This document shows, in pieces, positions 40,512-51,256 of a DNA stretch of 56,610 bases (its first letter is position 1; the number at the start of each line of letters is the position of its first letter). The DNA comes from a bacterium (GTDB lineage Bacteria > Patescibacteriota > Minisyncoccia > UBA9983), in the NCBI GenBank assembly GCA_013152035.1, contig JAADHB010000026.1:1-56610 (forward strand), given 5' to 3'. Below the pieces are notes generated by a model, which did not search any database, was not told the DNA's origin, and was given only the letters and a program-made list of their open reading frames with translations. The translations under genes and the position numbers were made by a program.

Positions 40512-41243
40512 TTATTTTGATAAATCCTCCGCGAACCCGCTCTCATTATTCTCTTCAACCCTTAACTCTTTTTTCTTCGGGACAAGGAAAGCCGCCGTGA
40601 AAAATATGGTGCCGGCGTAAATAAACACGAACGCCAAAAGAATTTGCGTAAAGCCGCGCGCGGGGAAATGCATAATTGATGAGACTCCGAAAGAAAACAG
40701 CCCGATAACCAGAAGCACATTTTTCAGTTTTTCGTTAAAGTTTAAATTGGCGGGCCAATTCCTCAAGGATACCACGACAAAAATCATCGCCGCGACAAAG
40801 CCCGCCAGTGCCGTAATCCACGCCGCCGCCAAATTCGCGTTCCACAAAATAAATCCCGAAGAAAGAATAACCGGGAGGCGAAAATCGTAAATTTGCAGAA
40901 GAACCACGAACAAACAAATGGACATAAAAAAAGCAATCACTGTCCGGGATTTTCTCCGGGAAAATCCGAGTATGCTGAACTCCACCATTAAAAACGCGGA
41001 AACGAGCAGGAAGATAAAAACAACGGCAAGGTTATAGCCCCACGCCATCGTTTTTAAATCTCCGCCTGAAAAAAGGAACGGCAAAATTAAGGAAAGATGA
41101 TAGCCGAGAAGGAAAGAATAAAACAAAAATATGTTTTTCATTATCGAATTTTCTTTCTTCCCTTTCCTTAAAATAAAATAAAAAACGGCGACCCCAAAAG
41201 TGGTTAAAATCGCCAGAATTGAATGTAGAATTATTGACAGCAT
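40512..41243 (-). CDS. Polytopic (about 7 TM) membrane protein
   Basis: 243 aa, hydrophobic throughout. Lies next to a kinase that has a 7TM sensor module. Confidence 0.6.
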   Translation of the reverse strand: MLSIILHSILAILTTFGVAVFYFILRKGKKENSIMKNIFLFYSFLLGYHLSLILPFLFSGGDLKTMAWGYNLAVVFIFLLVSAFLMVEFSILGFSRRKSRTVIAFFMSICLFVVLLQIYDFRLPVILSSGFILWNANLAAAWITALAGFVAAMIFVVVSLRNWPANLNFNEKLKNVLLVIGLFSFGVSSIMHFPARGFTQILLAFVFIYAGTIFFTAAFLVPKKKELRVEENNESGFAEDLSK

Positions 41244-41266
41244 AAATATCTCTTATGGCTCCCATT

Positions 41267-42910
41267 CTATACCATTTTCCCGCCGTTTTCAACCGGTTGG
41301 GAAACCGGCAACTCCACGAAAAACGCGCTTCCTTTTCCCTCGCCTTTTGACTCAACCCAGATTCTGCCATTATGCGCCTTGACCATTTCACTCGCCACGT
41401 AAAGCCCAAGCCCCGAACCGTCGGTGTGCAGTTTTGAAATGCCTTTGGCGCGGCTGAATTTTTGGAAAAGAGTCGGAATTGTTTCCGGAGAAATTCCGAC
41501 TCCGGAGTCCTCTATTTTAAGCAAAACCTTCTTTGCCGATTCGTCCCTCGCTAAAGACACGGCGACTGTTCCTTTCGGGGTGTACTTTATCGCGTTATCA
41601 ATAAGGTTTGAAACAACCTGCCTTATTTTTCCGTAATCCGCTTTTATTTTGAAATCACCCTCTCCGGAACTGAATTTCAAGGTAACCTCCTCTTTGTTTT
41701 TGATATTCGCGGCAAAATCATCCGTTATGCTTTTCACTAAATCCTTGAAGGCAAAATCGGCAAAATCGTATTTCATTTTTCCCGATTCGATGCGGCTTAT
41801 GTCAAGAAAATCTCCTATGGTTAAAATGAGGCGTTGGCTTGATTGGAATATTCTTTCAATAACCTCTTTCATTTTTCCCGGCATCTGCCCGTACGCCCCC
41901 TCCAGAACCATTGAAGAGTAACCCTTGATTGAAGTGAGCGGAGCGCGCAGCTGGTGCGAAGCGACGGAAATAAATTCCGACTTCGCTTCATCCAACTGCC
42001 TCAACCTCGCGTTCGCCGATTTCAGCTTCTCCGTCAAATCCTCCAATTCCTCCCGGGTCCGCACCTCCTTGAGCACGCTGCGGATAAGCAGATAACTGAA
42101 TATTGAGCCGACAACCAGTAACCCTCCCTTAACGAACCACTCCATGGCAGTTTCAGAGGTCAAAAAGACAATCAGCAAAACCATAACGATACCGCCGGAA
42201 AATAACTCGGTGGCAATAACCTTGATATTCATCAAGTGGTGTTTGGCGATGGCATAGGCGATAAAAATAATCATAACGGATGTCATAATTTGTCCAAGCC
42301 AATTTAAATCAAATATTCCCATGTACGGCATTATCAAATTGGTGTTCACTCCAATAAGGGTTGATATTAATGTCCCCGCGAATATATATTGCACCTGCAT
42401 CTTGAGCGCGCCTGATGACTTCAAATATTTTTTAAATAAAACAACATAGCTAAATACAAAATAGCCAACTATATAAATTGCGTAAAACAAATGTACTTTT
42501 TGGTTAAAAAAAATAATATTCTCTCCATTTGGAACCAACCTGACCGCCGTTATTAAAAAATCGGGCCAAAGGCTCGCCGCCGCCGCCAATATAAACGGAA
42601 TCGGCAACAAATATTTTTGCGGGACATTAAAATTAATTTTATCTTTGGGAAACACGAATGTGAAATAAAGGAAAGAAACAGGAATAAGCGATGCTGATAA
42701 ATACAACATTCTCGCGCCCAAAACACTCGCGAATTCAAACGACCTGAAAAAAAACATTGAAAAAACCCAGAATGTAACGCTTAGCGCGACCAAAAAAAAC
42801 CACAGATTCGTTTTGCTCCTTCTGTTTTTCAGATAAATAACCGACCCAAAAACAAGATTAACAATTCCAATCAAAAATAATAATGTGTTTTTAAAATCCA
42901 GATAACCCAT
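41267..42910 (-). CDS. Sensor histidine kinase with an N-terminal 7TM module (no response regulator in the window)
   Basis: 547 aa. HisKA H-box SHQLRAPLTSI. HATPase N/G boxes (NLIDNAIKYT, DSGVGI, GSGLGL). Confidence 0.85.
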   Translation of the reverse strand: MGYLDFKNTLLFLIGIVNLVFGSVIYLKNRRSKTNLWFFLVALSVTFWVFSMFFFRSFEFASVLGARMLYLSASLIPVSFLYFTFVFPKDKINFNVPQKYLLPIPFILAAAASLWPDFLITAVRLVPNGENIIFFNQKVHLFYAIYIVGYFVFSYVVLFKKYLKSSGALKMQVQYIFAGTLISTLIGVNTNLIMPYMGIFDLNWLGQIMTSVMIIFIAYAIAKHHLMNIKVIATELFSGGIVMVLLIVFLTSETAMEWFVKGGLLVVGSIFSYLLIRSVLKEVRTREELEDLTEKLKSANARLRQLDEAKSEFISVASHQLRAPLTSIKGYSSMVLEGAYGQMPGKMKEVIERIFQSSQRLILTIGDFLDISRIESGKMKYDFADFAFKDLVKSITDDFAANIKNKEEVTLKFSSGEGDFKIKADYGKIRQVVSNLIDNAIKYTPKGTVAVSLARDESAKKVLLKIEDSGVGISPETIPTLFQKFSRAKGISKLHTDGSGLGLYVASEMVKAHNGRIWVESKGEGKGSAFFVELPVSQPVENGGKMV

Positions 42911-42914
42911 AAAT

Positions 42915-44072
42915 TTATGTTTGTCTCGCTATAATGCCTTTAATTTTGTTTATTTTGGCTTCTCCTATTTCACCCTCCACTGTATTTTGAAATTTGGCCA
43001 GCCGGAAATCAAGTTTGCTTATAATTTTTGAGATATCATCAATCAATTCCAAGTCCAAATAACCGATGGCGTAATCCTTATCCCAATTCGCATAAGACAA
43101 CGCCAGTGTTTCGCCCAAACAGCAAAAAATATCTTCCTTGTTGACCAACCCGAAATTAAAATGATATTTTATCCCCGGCGTGCTTATCACCCCCCCTTCT
43201 ATAATAAGCACATCATCTCTTTCACTGAAAACTTCGGGGGAAATATCGGAGGGTTGAGCGTCATTCACTATTACGGCGCCTGGTTTTAGATCATCCGGCT
43301 TAATGACTACTTCCGGCGCGTTCGTGGCGGCAATAATAATATCAGCCGGATAAATATCACCAATTCGGGAAGATACTTTGAACTCAAAATCGTCTTGACC
43401 GGTGTCCGTTCTGATTTCTTTAATTAAATTATTGATTGAATCTTTCTTTCTCTCCAAGTCAACTAAAATAAAATTCTTGACTCCTCTTGCCGATAAAATC
43501 TTGGCGCACGCAGAACCGATTCCGCCGGCGGCGCCGACTATCCCTATGGTTGAGTTTTTTAAATCCATTTCCAGCCTGTCCGCGGCGGCTAAAACATTCT
43601 CCACGACATTTTTTGTTGTGTACGCCCTGCCGGTCGTAATTCCCGCCTCCACCTTCCCAACTAAATCCAGACCTCCTTTTGTAAGGGAAGCCGTCAACGC
43701 GCCCAGCCCTATTATTGACGCCCCGAATTTTTCCGCCAGCTTAATCGCCTGAACAATTTTTTTAGATGCCAATTCGCGGTCATTCATCATTTGCTCGGCG
43801 GTCAGAGGTATCGTAATTATCCAACCCGGAACTTCTTTGCCGTTTTGATCTTTCATTCCATCCACCTTCGACAAAACAACCGGCCAAAAACGCCGCAAAA
43901 ACCACTTCAATTTTTTATCAGAAACATATCTCGTGAACGGGTATTTGCGATACACATCCGAGATGTCTCTTGGATGCACCAAAAACGCGAACCCGCCCTT
44001 TTTTTTCATCCGAGGCAAATATCTGACAATCAAATCTCGGAACGCATGGAGCGCCAAAATTACGGCTTTCAT
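42915..44072 (-). CDS. NAD(P)-binding oxidoreductase, acyl-ACP-reductase-like / shikimate-DH-like fold
   Basis: 385 aa. FAFLVHPRD N-terminus, Rossmann motif GIVGAAGGIGSA. Overall layout resembles the cyanobacterial AAR family (from memory). Confidence 0.45.
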   Translation of the reverse strand: MKAVILALHAFRDLIVRYLPRMKKKGGFAFLVHPRDISDVYRKYPFTRYVSDKKLKWFLRRFWPVVLSKVDGMKDQNGKEVPGWIITIPLTAEQMMNDRELASKKIVQAIKLAEKFGASIIGLGALTASLTKGGLDLVGKVEAGITTGRAYTTKNVVENVLAAADRLEMDLKNSTIGIVGAAGGIGSACAKILSARGVKNFILVDLERKKDSINNLIKEIRTDTGQDDFEFKVSSRIGDIYPADIIIAATNAPEVVIKPDDLKPGAVIVNDAQPSDISPEVFSERDDVLIIEGGVISTPGIKYHFNFGLVNKEDIFCCLGETLALSYANWDKDYAIGYLDLELIDDISKIISKLDFRLAKFQNTVEGEIGEAKINKIKGIIARQT

Positions 44073-44142
44073 TCCTTAAATTATACCAAGTTCATCCAAA
44101 ATAGGCAAAAAGAAGCACGCGTTTGGAATTCGCGTTCTTCTT

Positions 44143-44808
44143 TTAGTAATCGGACTTTATCAACTCTCCGATTACGCGCATGACTGCGCTTGCGCCGTCT
44201 TCAAGGGAAACATCCCCGAGGGAATAGATCGGTTTGCCTATTTTCACCTTAATCTTGTTTTTACGAAGAATAGTTCCCGGCGACAAAATGCCGTAATTTC
44301 CAATTATCGCAACGGGTACAATTGGGGCTTTTGTTCGCCGGTGCAAAAACACCACACCCCTTTTGCCCTGCCGCAGTTTTCCGTCTTTGGTTATCGCGCC
44401 TTCAGGGTAAATCCACAGTTTTCCTCCCTGTTTCAACCCGTTTATTGCGGCGCTTAACGCCTTAAATAAGTCCCCGCCCGTTTTTTCCACCGGAATGGAG
44501 CCGTTTATTCTTACGTAAAAAGTGACAAGAATGGAAATAGGAAACGGAAATTGCCCCCTCAATCCAAAAAACTTCTTGAATGCCAGGAATCTTATCGGAA
44601 AAAAATCTCTGGGGAACAGGCTGTTTCTCGGCATAGACGCGGCTGAAATCGGACCGTCAAGATAAGACGCGTGATTGGACGCGAAAATAACCCCTTTATT
44701 TTCCAATCCCTTCAAATTCTCCTGCCCCTCTACTTTGTAATGGACAAAGAATTTTAGGGCTAAAAAAATGGGCCAGTATGTCAAAGTCTGAAAAATTTTC
44801 GGTATCAT
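44143..44808 (-). CDS. plsC: 1-acyl-sn-glycerol-3-phosphate acyltransferase
   Basis: 221 aa. NHASYLD (HX4D) and the YPEG motif. Confidence 0.8.
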   Translation of the reverse strand: MIPKIFQTLTYWPIFLALKFFVHYKVEGQENLKGLENKGVIFASNHASYLDGPISAASMPRNSLFPRDFFPIRFLAFKKFFGLRGQFPFPISILVTFYVRINGSIPVEKTGGDLFKALSAAINGLKQGGKLWIYPEGAITKDGKLRQGKRGVVFLHRRTKAPIVPVAIIGNYGILSPGTILRKNKIKVKIGKPIYSLGDVSLEDGASAVMRVIGELIKSDY

Positions 44809-45476
44809 AACGCTATTATAACAAATTCTCCTTTTATTTTTTCCTCGTTCGTTTTGAAATATTCCAATATCTCCGCGATTGAACCGCGCAGGACTTCCTC
44901 GAACATTTTGGTCAGTTCCCTGCCGACGATAAGCCGTTTGTCCGGCGACATTTCCGCCAGAAGCTCAAGGTTTTTTATGAAGCGATGGGGCGATTCGTAA
45001 TAAACGACGGGATATTTCGTTTCCGCGACCTCTTGAAAAAATTTTCTTCTTCCTTTTTTATGAGGCGGAAACGCCATAAAAACGAATTTCTGCGCGTTTA
45101 TTCCGGAAACGCTCAACAGCGCGGCGAGCGCTGAGGGTCCGGGAATCGGTTCAACTTTTATTTCGTTTTCGGCGGCTTCCGCGACCAAAACATTTCCCGG
45201 GTCGCTGATGCCCGGAGTGCCGGCGTCGGTAACCAGAGCGACATTCTTACCCGCGAGCAGTTCGCGGATTATTCTGTCCGTCTTGGAAACTTTTGAATGC
45301 TGAAAATATGAAATCGTGGGCGTTCCGATTTCAAAATGGTTGAGCAATTTCCTCGCCACCCTTGTGTCCTCGCAGGCGATTAAGTTCACCTCCTTCAAAA
45401 TCCTCAAGGCCCTCAAAGTGATGTCTTCAAGATTTCCGATCGGCGTGGCGACAACATAAAGCGTTCCGGTGTTCAT
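44805..45476 (-). CDS. rsmI: 16S rRNA (cytidine1402-2'-O)-methyltransferase
   Basis: 223 aa. LYVVATPIGNLEDITLRALRIL...IACEDTR. Confidence 0.88.
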   Translation of the reverse strand: MNTGTLYVVATPIGNLEDITLRALRILKEVNLIACEDTRVARKLLNHFEIGTPTISYFQHSKVSKTDRIIRELLAGKNVALVTDAGTPGISDPGNVLVAEAAENEIKVEPIPGPSALAALLSVSGINAQKFVFMAFPPHKKGRRKFFQEVAETKYPVVYYESPHRFIKNLELLAEMSPDKRLIVGRELTKMFEEVLRGSIAEILEYFKTNEEKIKGEFVIIAL

Positions 45477-45552
45477 AATAATTTCAGTTTATCACTTCCG
45501 GACGAAAAAACCCATCCTCCGCCGCCTTACCTCCTCACTTTTAGACAAAATT

Positions 45553-46131
45553 CTATTTTAATATTTCTTTTGCATTTCCTTTATTTTCAACGGCTGAAAT
45601 CTCTTTTGAGATTTTCAACAAATCCTGCCTTTTTTCTCTATTCATGGAAAGCGCCCATCGCCACGCCTCTTTGTAGTCAAATATTCCGGTTCGCTTGCTT
45701 TCGACGATCACCTGATTTTCGGCAAATTTTTTGCCGAAAAGTTCTTCCCAAACATCAAATAAAATTAAAAACAAAGTTCTCTCCATCCCCACAAAAACCC
45801 CTTCGTGCCTGAATCCCTTTAAATTTAAGAGTAAGATGTGCCCAAGCTCATGAATAAGCGTGCCTGTTTTTATTTCTGCAGGATAACTCGCTCTCATTTT
45901 AATAAACTCCACTTCCTTTTTGTTGTTGTTCTCGCGCCACTTAACAAAACTGTATCCATTATAAACAACAACCTTAATGTTCTTGATATTACTATCAAAA
46001 GGCATTTCCGCCGCCCTTTCCAAGTTTTCAACAATCCTTTCTCCGTCTTTGTCCCAAATCTTTTTATATTCCTCGGTTGATTTGACAAACTCGGGGGTAT
46101 TTTGCTCAGGACTAAAAGTTAATTTCAACAT
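45553..46131 (-). CDS. Hypothetical protein with an HExxH motif (possible small metallopeptidase)
   Basis: 192 aa. TLIHELGHILL. No family recognised. Confidence 0.5.
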   Translation of the reverse strand: MLKLTFSPEQNTPEFVKSTEEYKKIWDKDGERIVENLERAAEMPFDSNIKNIKVVVYNGYSFVKWRENNNKKEVEFIKMRASYPAEIKTGTLIHELGHILLLNLKGFRHEGVFVGMERTLFLILFDVWEELFGKKFAENQVIVESKRTGIFDYKEAWRWALSMNREKRQDLLKISKEISAVENKGNAKEILK

Positions 46132-46265
46132 AATTATTCAAAATAAGGTTCATTTCTTGAACCCATAGATGAGCCAATAATATTCAAATGGTGTTGTCAG
46201 TTGTTTTTTCATAAAAATAAAACGCGGAAAACGAAAGAGGTTCGCGTGGCGGAAAAGTTAAAAAT

Positions 46266-46850
46266 TTACGCGAGTTTTTTGCCGAGTTTCTCGGCTTTTT
46301 GAAGCCATTTTTTTCTTTTGGCTTCGGAGGAGTTTTTGAGCGAGCCGAACATCGTCACTTTGACGGGACTCACGCCGGACATTAGAAGTATCGCCTTTTT
46401 TATGGTTTTAACGCCCGAGGCTCCGAGGAATAATTTGTAAAAAAACGGCGGCGCGTCCATCGTCACCAGCAGGCGAGCGGAACGGCCCTTGAGCAATTTC
46501 TCCCACGAATACTTGCCCGTGAACTTAAAAGCGAATCTTGGAAGAAAAACTCTGTCAAAAAATCCTTTCAGCAACGCCGGCATCGTCCCCCACCATGTCG
46601 GATAAACGAACACTATGTGTTCCGCCCACTTTATGTCCTCTCTCGCTTTGTTCAGCCCCGGCTCCAATTCCTGGACCTCTTTGTAACCTTTGTGAAGAAT
46701 CGGGTCAAAATCCAATTCGCCGAGATAAATTTCCCTGACCTCCGCCCCCGACGATTTTGCCCCGCCAACATACGCTCGCGCCAACGCTCCGCAAAAACTG
46801 TCTCTCATTGGGTGTCCGAATATTAACAGTATTTTTTTATTTTTATTCAT
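46266..46850 (-). CDS. Flavodoxin-like-fold NAD(P)H dehydrogenase (quinone) family protein
   Basis: 194 aa. ILLIFGHP...SF and VFVYPTWWGTMPALLKGFFDRVF. Confidence 0.75.
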   Translation of the reverse strand: MNKNKKILLIFGHPMRDSFCGALARAYVGGAKSSGAEVREIYLGELDFDPILHKGYKEVQELEPGLNKAREDIKWAEHIVFVYPTWWGTMPALLKGFFDRVFLPRFAFKFTGKYSWEKLLKGRSARLLVTMDAPPFFYKLFLGASGVKTIKKAILLMSGVSPVKVTMFGSLKNSSEAKRKKWLQKAEKLGKKLA

Positions 46851-46851
46851 A

Positions 46852-47349
46852 TTATCTGCGGGCTAAAAACAAGGCCACCAGCGGCAATGTCAGCCACCAG
46901 AAGAAGGCGGCGTCGGACGCGAAAATGTTTTGGACGACCGGAGAAAAGGTGAAAATATCGCGCGCCGGAAAGAGATGGAAAAGATAACTGAACATCAATC
47001 CGCTCGCGAGAAAGCTAATCAACAGAATGTGCCACCAGTTTTTTTCGGATGAATCCTGGTGCGCCTTTATGAATCTTGAGAAAAGGGCGGACAGGGCGAG
47101 AACAATCAAAAAGAAAACAAACCCTCTCGCGAGAAATGTTTCAACAATCGTTCCGCCTTTTATCAGGCGGTCCAGATAATAAAAATTTTTGAACAAGAAT
47201 CCCGAGACATACAGGGCGAACAAGAAAGAAATCAACCGCGTCTTGCCGGCGGAGATGCCGTAAAAAAAACCTACGGCGACGAAGGCGAACACGACCAAAA
47301 CATCCCAAGACGGGTTTCCCAGTATCGCGTTAATTTGTTCAAAAGACAT
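46852..47349 (-). CDS. Hypothetical 4-TM membrane protein (CvpA-like?)
   Basis: Start preferred at ATG 47349 (MSFEQINAILG...). This avoids an overlap with the dnaJ stop. Confidence 0.55.
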   Translation of the reverse strand: MSFEQINAILGNPSWDVLVVFAFVAVGFFYGISAGKTRLISFLFALYVSGFLFKNFYYLDRLIKGGTIVETFLARGFVFFLIVLALSALFSRFIKAHQDSSEKNWWHILLISFLASGLMFSYLFHLFPARDIFTFSPVVQNIFASDAAFFWWLTLPLVALFLARR

Positions 47350-47356
47350 ATCTCTA

Positions 47357-48427
47357 TTATAACCCTTCTTCCTTAAGTTCTTCAATAAGCTTCTTCGCTT
47401 TCCTTGAAATTTTCTTCGGCGTCCTGACCATAATTTTAATCAGCAGATCGCCCCGCGTTCCGCTCGGTTGGGGCATACCGAGGCCTTTCGCCCGCAGCAC
47501 TTCTCCGGAATCAATTCCGGCGGGGATTTTCAGCTTGATTGATTTGTCAAAAATTTTGATTTCTTTTTCCGCGCCGAGCAAAGCGTCCGATATTTTAACG
47601 TCAAGATCCATGACGATGTCCCTCCCGCTCCTCCTGAAAACAGGGTGGGGCAAGACATGAATTTTAACGTAAAGATCCCCGGGGATTCCGTTGGCGGCCG
47701 CCTCTCCGGCTCCCGCCAATTTTATCATTTCTCCATCCTCAATTCCGGAAGGGACGGTTATTTTTATCTCTTCCCTTTTCGGCATTACGCCGTTGCCGCG
47801 GCAAGCGGAACATTTTTTTGAAGGAATGTTTCCCTTCCCGCCGCACTTATCGCACTCGCGCAAGGATGTAAAACTGCCGAAAAACGATTTCCTTGTTTCG
47901 TGAACTTTCCCCTTGCCCTGGCAATAGGAGCATTTTTTCGTATCGGTCCCCGGCTCGGCTCCGTTTCCGCCGCACTTGTCGCAAACGGCTATTTTTGAAA
48001 TTAAAACGCTTCGTTCAACTCCGAACACGGCCTCCTCAAAAGAAATTTCAAGGTCAATTGAAATATCCCTCCCTCTTTTGGCGCGCCCCTGGGCGGCGCC
48101 TCCTCCGAAAAAAGTTTCAAAAATATCGTTCAAGTCAAAATTTGAAGCGCCTCCGAAACCGCCGAAATCCCAGCCGGGAGCTGATCCGCCCTGTCCGGAC
48201 GGTCCTTGCCCGCCGCTAAAAACCCTGCCATAGGTGTCATACTCGGCGCGTTTCTTTTCATCGCTCAAAACGGAATAAGCCTCGCTTATCTCCTTGAATT
48301 TGTCGTCAGTACCGCCGTTTTTATCAGGGTGATGCTTATGCGCGAGCTTGCGATAGGCTTTTTTTATTTCTTCTTTTGTGGCGCCTTTCGGCACGCCAAG
48401 AATTTCGTAATAGTTATTTGATGTCAT
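47357..48427 (-). CDS. dnaJ: Chaperone DnaJ
   Basis: Start set at ATG 48427 ([12 protein letters not shown]). J-domain HPD, G/F region, four CxxCxGxG motifs. Confidence 0.93.
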   Translation of the reverse strand: MTSNNYYEILGVPKGATKEEIKKAYRKLAHKHHPDKNGGTDDKFKEISEAYSVLSDEKKRAEYDTYGRVFSGGQGPSGQGGSAPGWDFGGFGGASNFDLNDIFETFFGGGAAQGRAKRGRDISIDLEISFEEAVFGVERSVLISKIAVCDKCGGNGAEPGTDTKKCSYCQGKGKVHETRKSFFGSFTSLRECDKCGGKGNIPSKKCSACRGNGVMPKREEIKITVPSGIEDGEMIKLAGAGEAAANGIPGDLYVKIHVLPHPVFRRSGRDIVMDLDVKISDALLGAEKEIKIFDKSIKLKIPAGIDSGEVLRAKGLGMPQPSGTRGDLLIKIMVRTPKKISRKAKKLIEELKEEGL

Positions 48428-48636
48428 ATTGGTATTATTGCACGCTAGGGGCGAGAAAACAAACCTGGAGACCAACCGATGTGGAGAAAACAAAGTTTGA
48501 AAATCGTAGGCAGTGGGCGGCTAAGGATAAGCGATTTTTAAAATTTGGTTTTCGGAGCATTGGAGTCACGGTGGAGATTTTAGGATTTTGTTTTCTTCGC
48601 ATTGGTACCGACACTGGCGCATCTCTTTTTCCGGTT

Positions 48637-50550
48637 TTAGTTTTTGTCCTTTTCGCCGCCCTCCTCCTTTTTCTCCTCAAAATCCGCGTCTCTCGCCTGC
48701 CCGCTCTGGGACGAATCGGCGCTTCCGCCCTCCGCCTTTTGCTCGGACTGCTGTTTGTAGAGCAGTTCGCCTATTTTCTGAATCGCCTTTGAAAGCTCTT
48801 CGGTCGCGTTTTTGATTGCCGCCAAATCTTCTCCGTCTTTCACTTTTTTAAGCGCCTCAATTTTTTCTTCAATTTCTTTTTTGGTGTCGGCGGGAACCTT
48901 ATCTCCCGCGTCCTTCAATGATTTTTCCGAAGTGTAAACAAGAGAGTCAGCCATATTCCGCGCGTCAATCAATTCCTTTTTCTTTTTATCGTCCTCCGCG
49001 TGCGCCTCCGCGTCTTTTTTCATTTTCTCAATTTCTTCTTTTGACAGCCCGGAAGACGCCTCAATGCGTATTGACTGCTCTTTGCCCGTCGCCTTGTCTT
49101 TCGCTTTTACGCTCAAAATCCCGTTGGCGTCAATGTCAAAAGTCACCTCTATTTGCGGAAGCCCTCTCGGCGCCGGCGCCACTCCGTCAAGAATGAACCT
49201 CCCGAGGGATTTGTTGTCAGCCGCCATTTCCCGCTCGCCCTGCAAAACATGGATTTCAACGGAAGTTTGGTTGTCCGCCGCGGTTGAGAAGACCTGGCTT
49301 TTGCTTGCCGGGATAGTCGTGTTTTTCTCAATCAGTTTCGTGCAAACGCCTCCGAGCGTTTCAATCCCGAGCGACAGCGGAATGACATCAAGAAGCAAAA
49401 CATCTTTGACATCCCCACGCATAATCCCGCCCTGCACGGCGGCGCCAAGCGCGACAACTTCATCCGGGTTGATTGATTTGTTCGGTTCTTTTCCGAAAAG
49501 CTCCTTGACCGCGTTTTGGACGGCGGGCATTCTCGTTTGGCCTCCGACCAAAATAATCTCGTCAATATCTTCAATTTTGAAACCGGACGCCTCAACCGCT
49601 TTTTTCGTTATCTCAATGGATTTCCTGATGAAATCGCCCACCAGCTCCTCAAGTTTGGCTCTGGTCAGTTTGAGCAAGAGGTGCTTTGGCCCGGACGCGT
49701 CTGATGTGATAAAAGGAATGTTTATCTCCGTTTCCATTGTGCTGGAAAGTTCGTGTTTGGCTTTCTCCGCCGCCTCCTTCAAGCGCTGAAGCGCCATAAA
49801 ATCTTTTGAAACATCCACGCCGCTTTCTTTTCTGAATTCGTCAACAATCCACGCTATAATTTTCTGGTCAATGTCATCCCCTCCGAGATGGGTATCCCCG
49901 TCCGTCGCTTTCACTTCAATGACATCATCGCCGACCTCAAGAACCGAAACATCAAAAGTTCCGCCGCCTAAGTCGTAAACGACAATCTGTTCGTCTTTCT
50001 TTTTGTTGAATCCGTACGCCAGCGCCGCCGCCGTCGGCTCGTTGATTATTCTACTCACCTTCAAGCCGGCGATTTCCCCGGCATCCTTGGTCGCCTTTCT
50101 CTGCGCGTCATTGAAATAGGCCGGCACGGTGATAATCGCCTCCTCCACCTTCTCTCCAAGGCGCTCCTCAGCGTCGCGCTTCAATTTTTGGAGTATCATC
50201 GCGGAAATTTCCTCCGGTCGGTATGTCTTGTCCCCCATCTTCACCACGACTCCACCGTCCTTGCCCTCTTCAATCTTGTACGGCATCAATTCCCTGTCCT
50301 TTTGAATCTCGGCATCGCTGAACTTGCGTCCGATAAGCCGTTTGACGGAAAAAACCGTATTTTCAGCGTTGGTAATCGCCTGCCTTTTCGCCAAAAGGCC
50401 CACAAGGCGTTCCCCCGTTTTTGAAATGGCGACCATGGAGGGGGTTGTTCTGTTGCCCTCCGCGTTCTCCAAAATTTTCGGCTCTCCCCCTTCAACGACC
50501 GCCATCGCCGAGTTTGTTGTTCCTAAATCTATTCCTAATATTTTTGTCAT
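48637..50550 (-). CDS. dnaK: Chaperone DnaK (Hsp70)
   Basis: 637 aa. [17 protein letters not shown] and the rest of the canonical Hsp70 motifs. Confidence 0.97.
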   Translation of the reverse strand: MTKILGIDLGTTNSAMAVVEGGEPKILENAEGNRTTPSMVAISKTGERLVGLLAKRQAITNAENTVFSVKRLIGRKFSDAEIQKDRELMPYKIEEGKDGGVVVKMGDKTYRPEEISAMILQKLKRDAEERLGEKVEEAIITVPAYFNDAQRKATKDAGEIAGLKVSRIINEPTAAALAYGFNKKKDEQIVVYDLGGGTFDVSVLEVGDDVIEVKATDGDTHLGGDDIDQKIIAWIVDEFRKESGVDVSKDFMALQRLKEAAEKAKHELSSTMETEINIPFITSDASGPKHLLLKLTRAKLEELVGDFIRKSIEITKKAVEASGFKIEDIDEIILVGGQTRMPAVQNAVKELFGKEPNKSINPDEVVALGAAVQGGIMRGDVKDVLLLDVIPLSLGIETLGGVCTKLIEKNTTIPASKSQVFSTAADNQTSVEIHVLQGEREMAADNKSLGRFILDGVAPAPRGLPQIEVTFDIDANGILSVKAKDKATGKEQSIRIEASSGLSKEEIEKMKKDAEAHAEDDKKKKELIDARNMADSLVYTSEKSLKDAGDKVPADTKKEIEEKIEALKKVKDGEDLAAIKNATEELSKAIQKIGELLYKQQSEQKAEGGSADSSQSGQARDADFEEKKEEGGEKDKN

Positions 50551-50577
50551 ATTTTTTTAAATTCGAAATTTCGAATG

Positions 50578-51123
50578 TTACGCCTTATACTTTCCGACCT
50601 TAACTTGAGCCGGTCTTACGACTTTGCCGCGCATTTTATATCCTTTTCTCAGTTCTTCAATCACTATTCCGTCATCCTTTTCATCGTCAACCGAGACTTC
50701 CGCGAACGCCTCATGCTCTTCCGGATTGAATTTTTTGCCAACGGCGTCTATCGGCTCAAGGTTATGTTCTTTTAAAACACTTATAAATTGGTTGTACAAG
50801 TATTTTATACCATTCTGCCAAGCTTTGTCAACTTTTTTCCAACTCTCCTCTTTGAAAGCGTTCTCAAAGCCGTCCACGACGGGCAAAATGTCCTCAATTA
50901 GCGACAGTTCCGCGTATTTCCTAAATTCCTCGCTCCTTTTTTCCTCCTCGTTTCTCGCGTTCACGAGATCGGCCTTCGCCCTTTGCCATCCGGCGAGATA
51001 TTCGTCCTTCTGCCTTTGGCACTCTTTCAGTTTTTCCCGCAATTTCTTCAACTCAAAACCCGCGGAAGCCCCCTCTTCCTCAAAAACAATATCGTCAATT
51101 TGAGCGCCTTTTTTGTCGGGCAT
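50578..51123 (-). CDS. grpE: Nucleotide exchange factor GrpE
   Basis: 181 aa. Coiled coil plus a C-terminal beta domain (GYKMRGKVVRPAQVKV). Confidence 0.9.
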   Translation of the reverse strand: MPDKKGAQIDDIVFEEEGASAGFELKKLREKLKECQRQKDEYLAGWQRAKADLVNARNEEEKRSEEFRKYAELSLIEDILPVVDGFENAFKEESWKKVDKAWQNGIKYLYNQFISVLKEHNLEPIDAVGKKFNPEEHEAFAEVSVDDEKDDGIVIEELRKGYKMRGKVVRPAQVKVGKYKA

Positions 51124-51191
51124 TACAAGAGCATATTATCAAAATACCGGCGCGAACGCAAGCAAAAAAATCGCCTTTCATTTGTAAATTC

Positions 51192-51234
51192 AAAAATAAA
51201 AAACCGGCAACAATGACTTTATCATCGTTGCCGG
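51192..51234 (-). terminator. Intrinsic terminator after CDS 51257..51922
   Basis: Minus strand: CCGGCAAC, 15-nt loop, GUUGCCGG, followed by UUUUUUAUUUUU. Confidence 0.6.
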
Positions 51235-51256
51235 CGGGTGTTCAAGTTACCCTTCT

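Noticed and set aside
50561-50576. HrcA/CIRCE-type heat-shock operator in the grpE-dnaK-dnaJ region (16-bp palindrome attcgaaatttcgaat between grpE and dnaK)
   Set aside because: It does not match CIRCE (TTAGCACTC-N9-GAGTGCTAA), and it lies between genes rather than at the operon promoter. No CIRCE-like sequence was seen upstream of grpE (51124-51190). It may simply be an AT-rich spacer palindrome.
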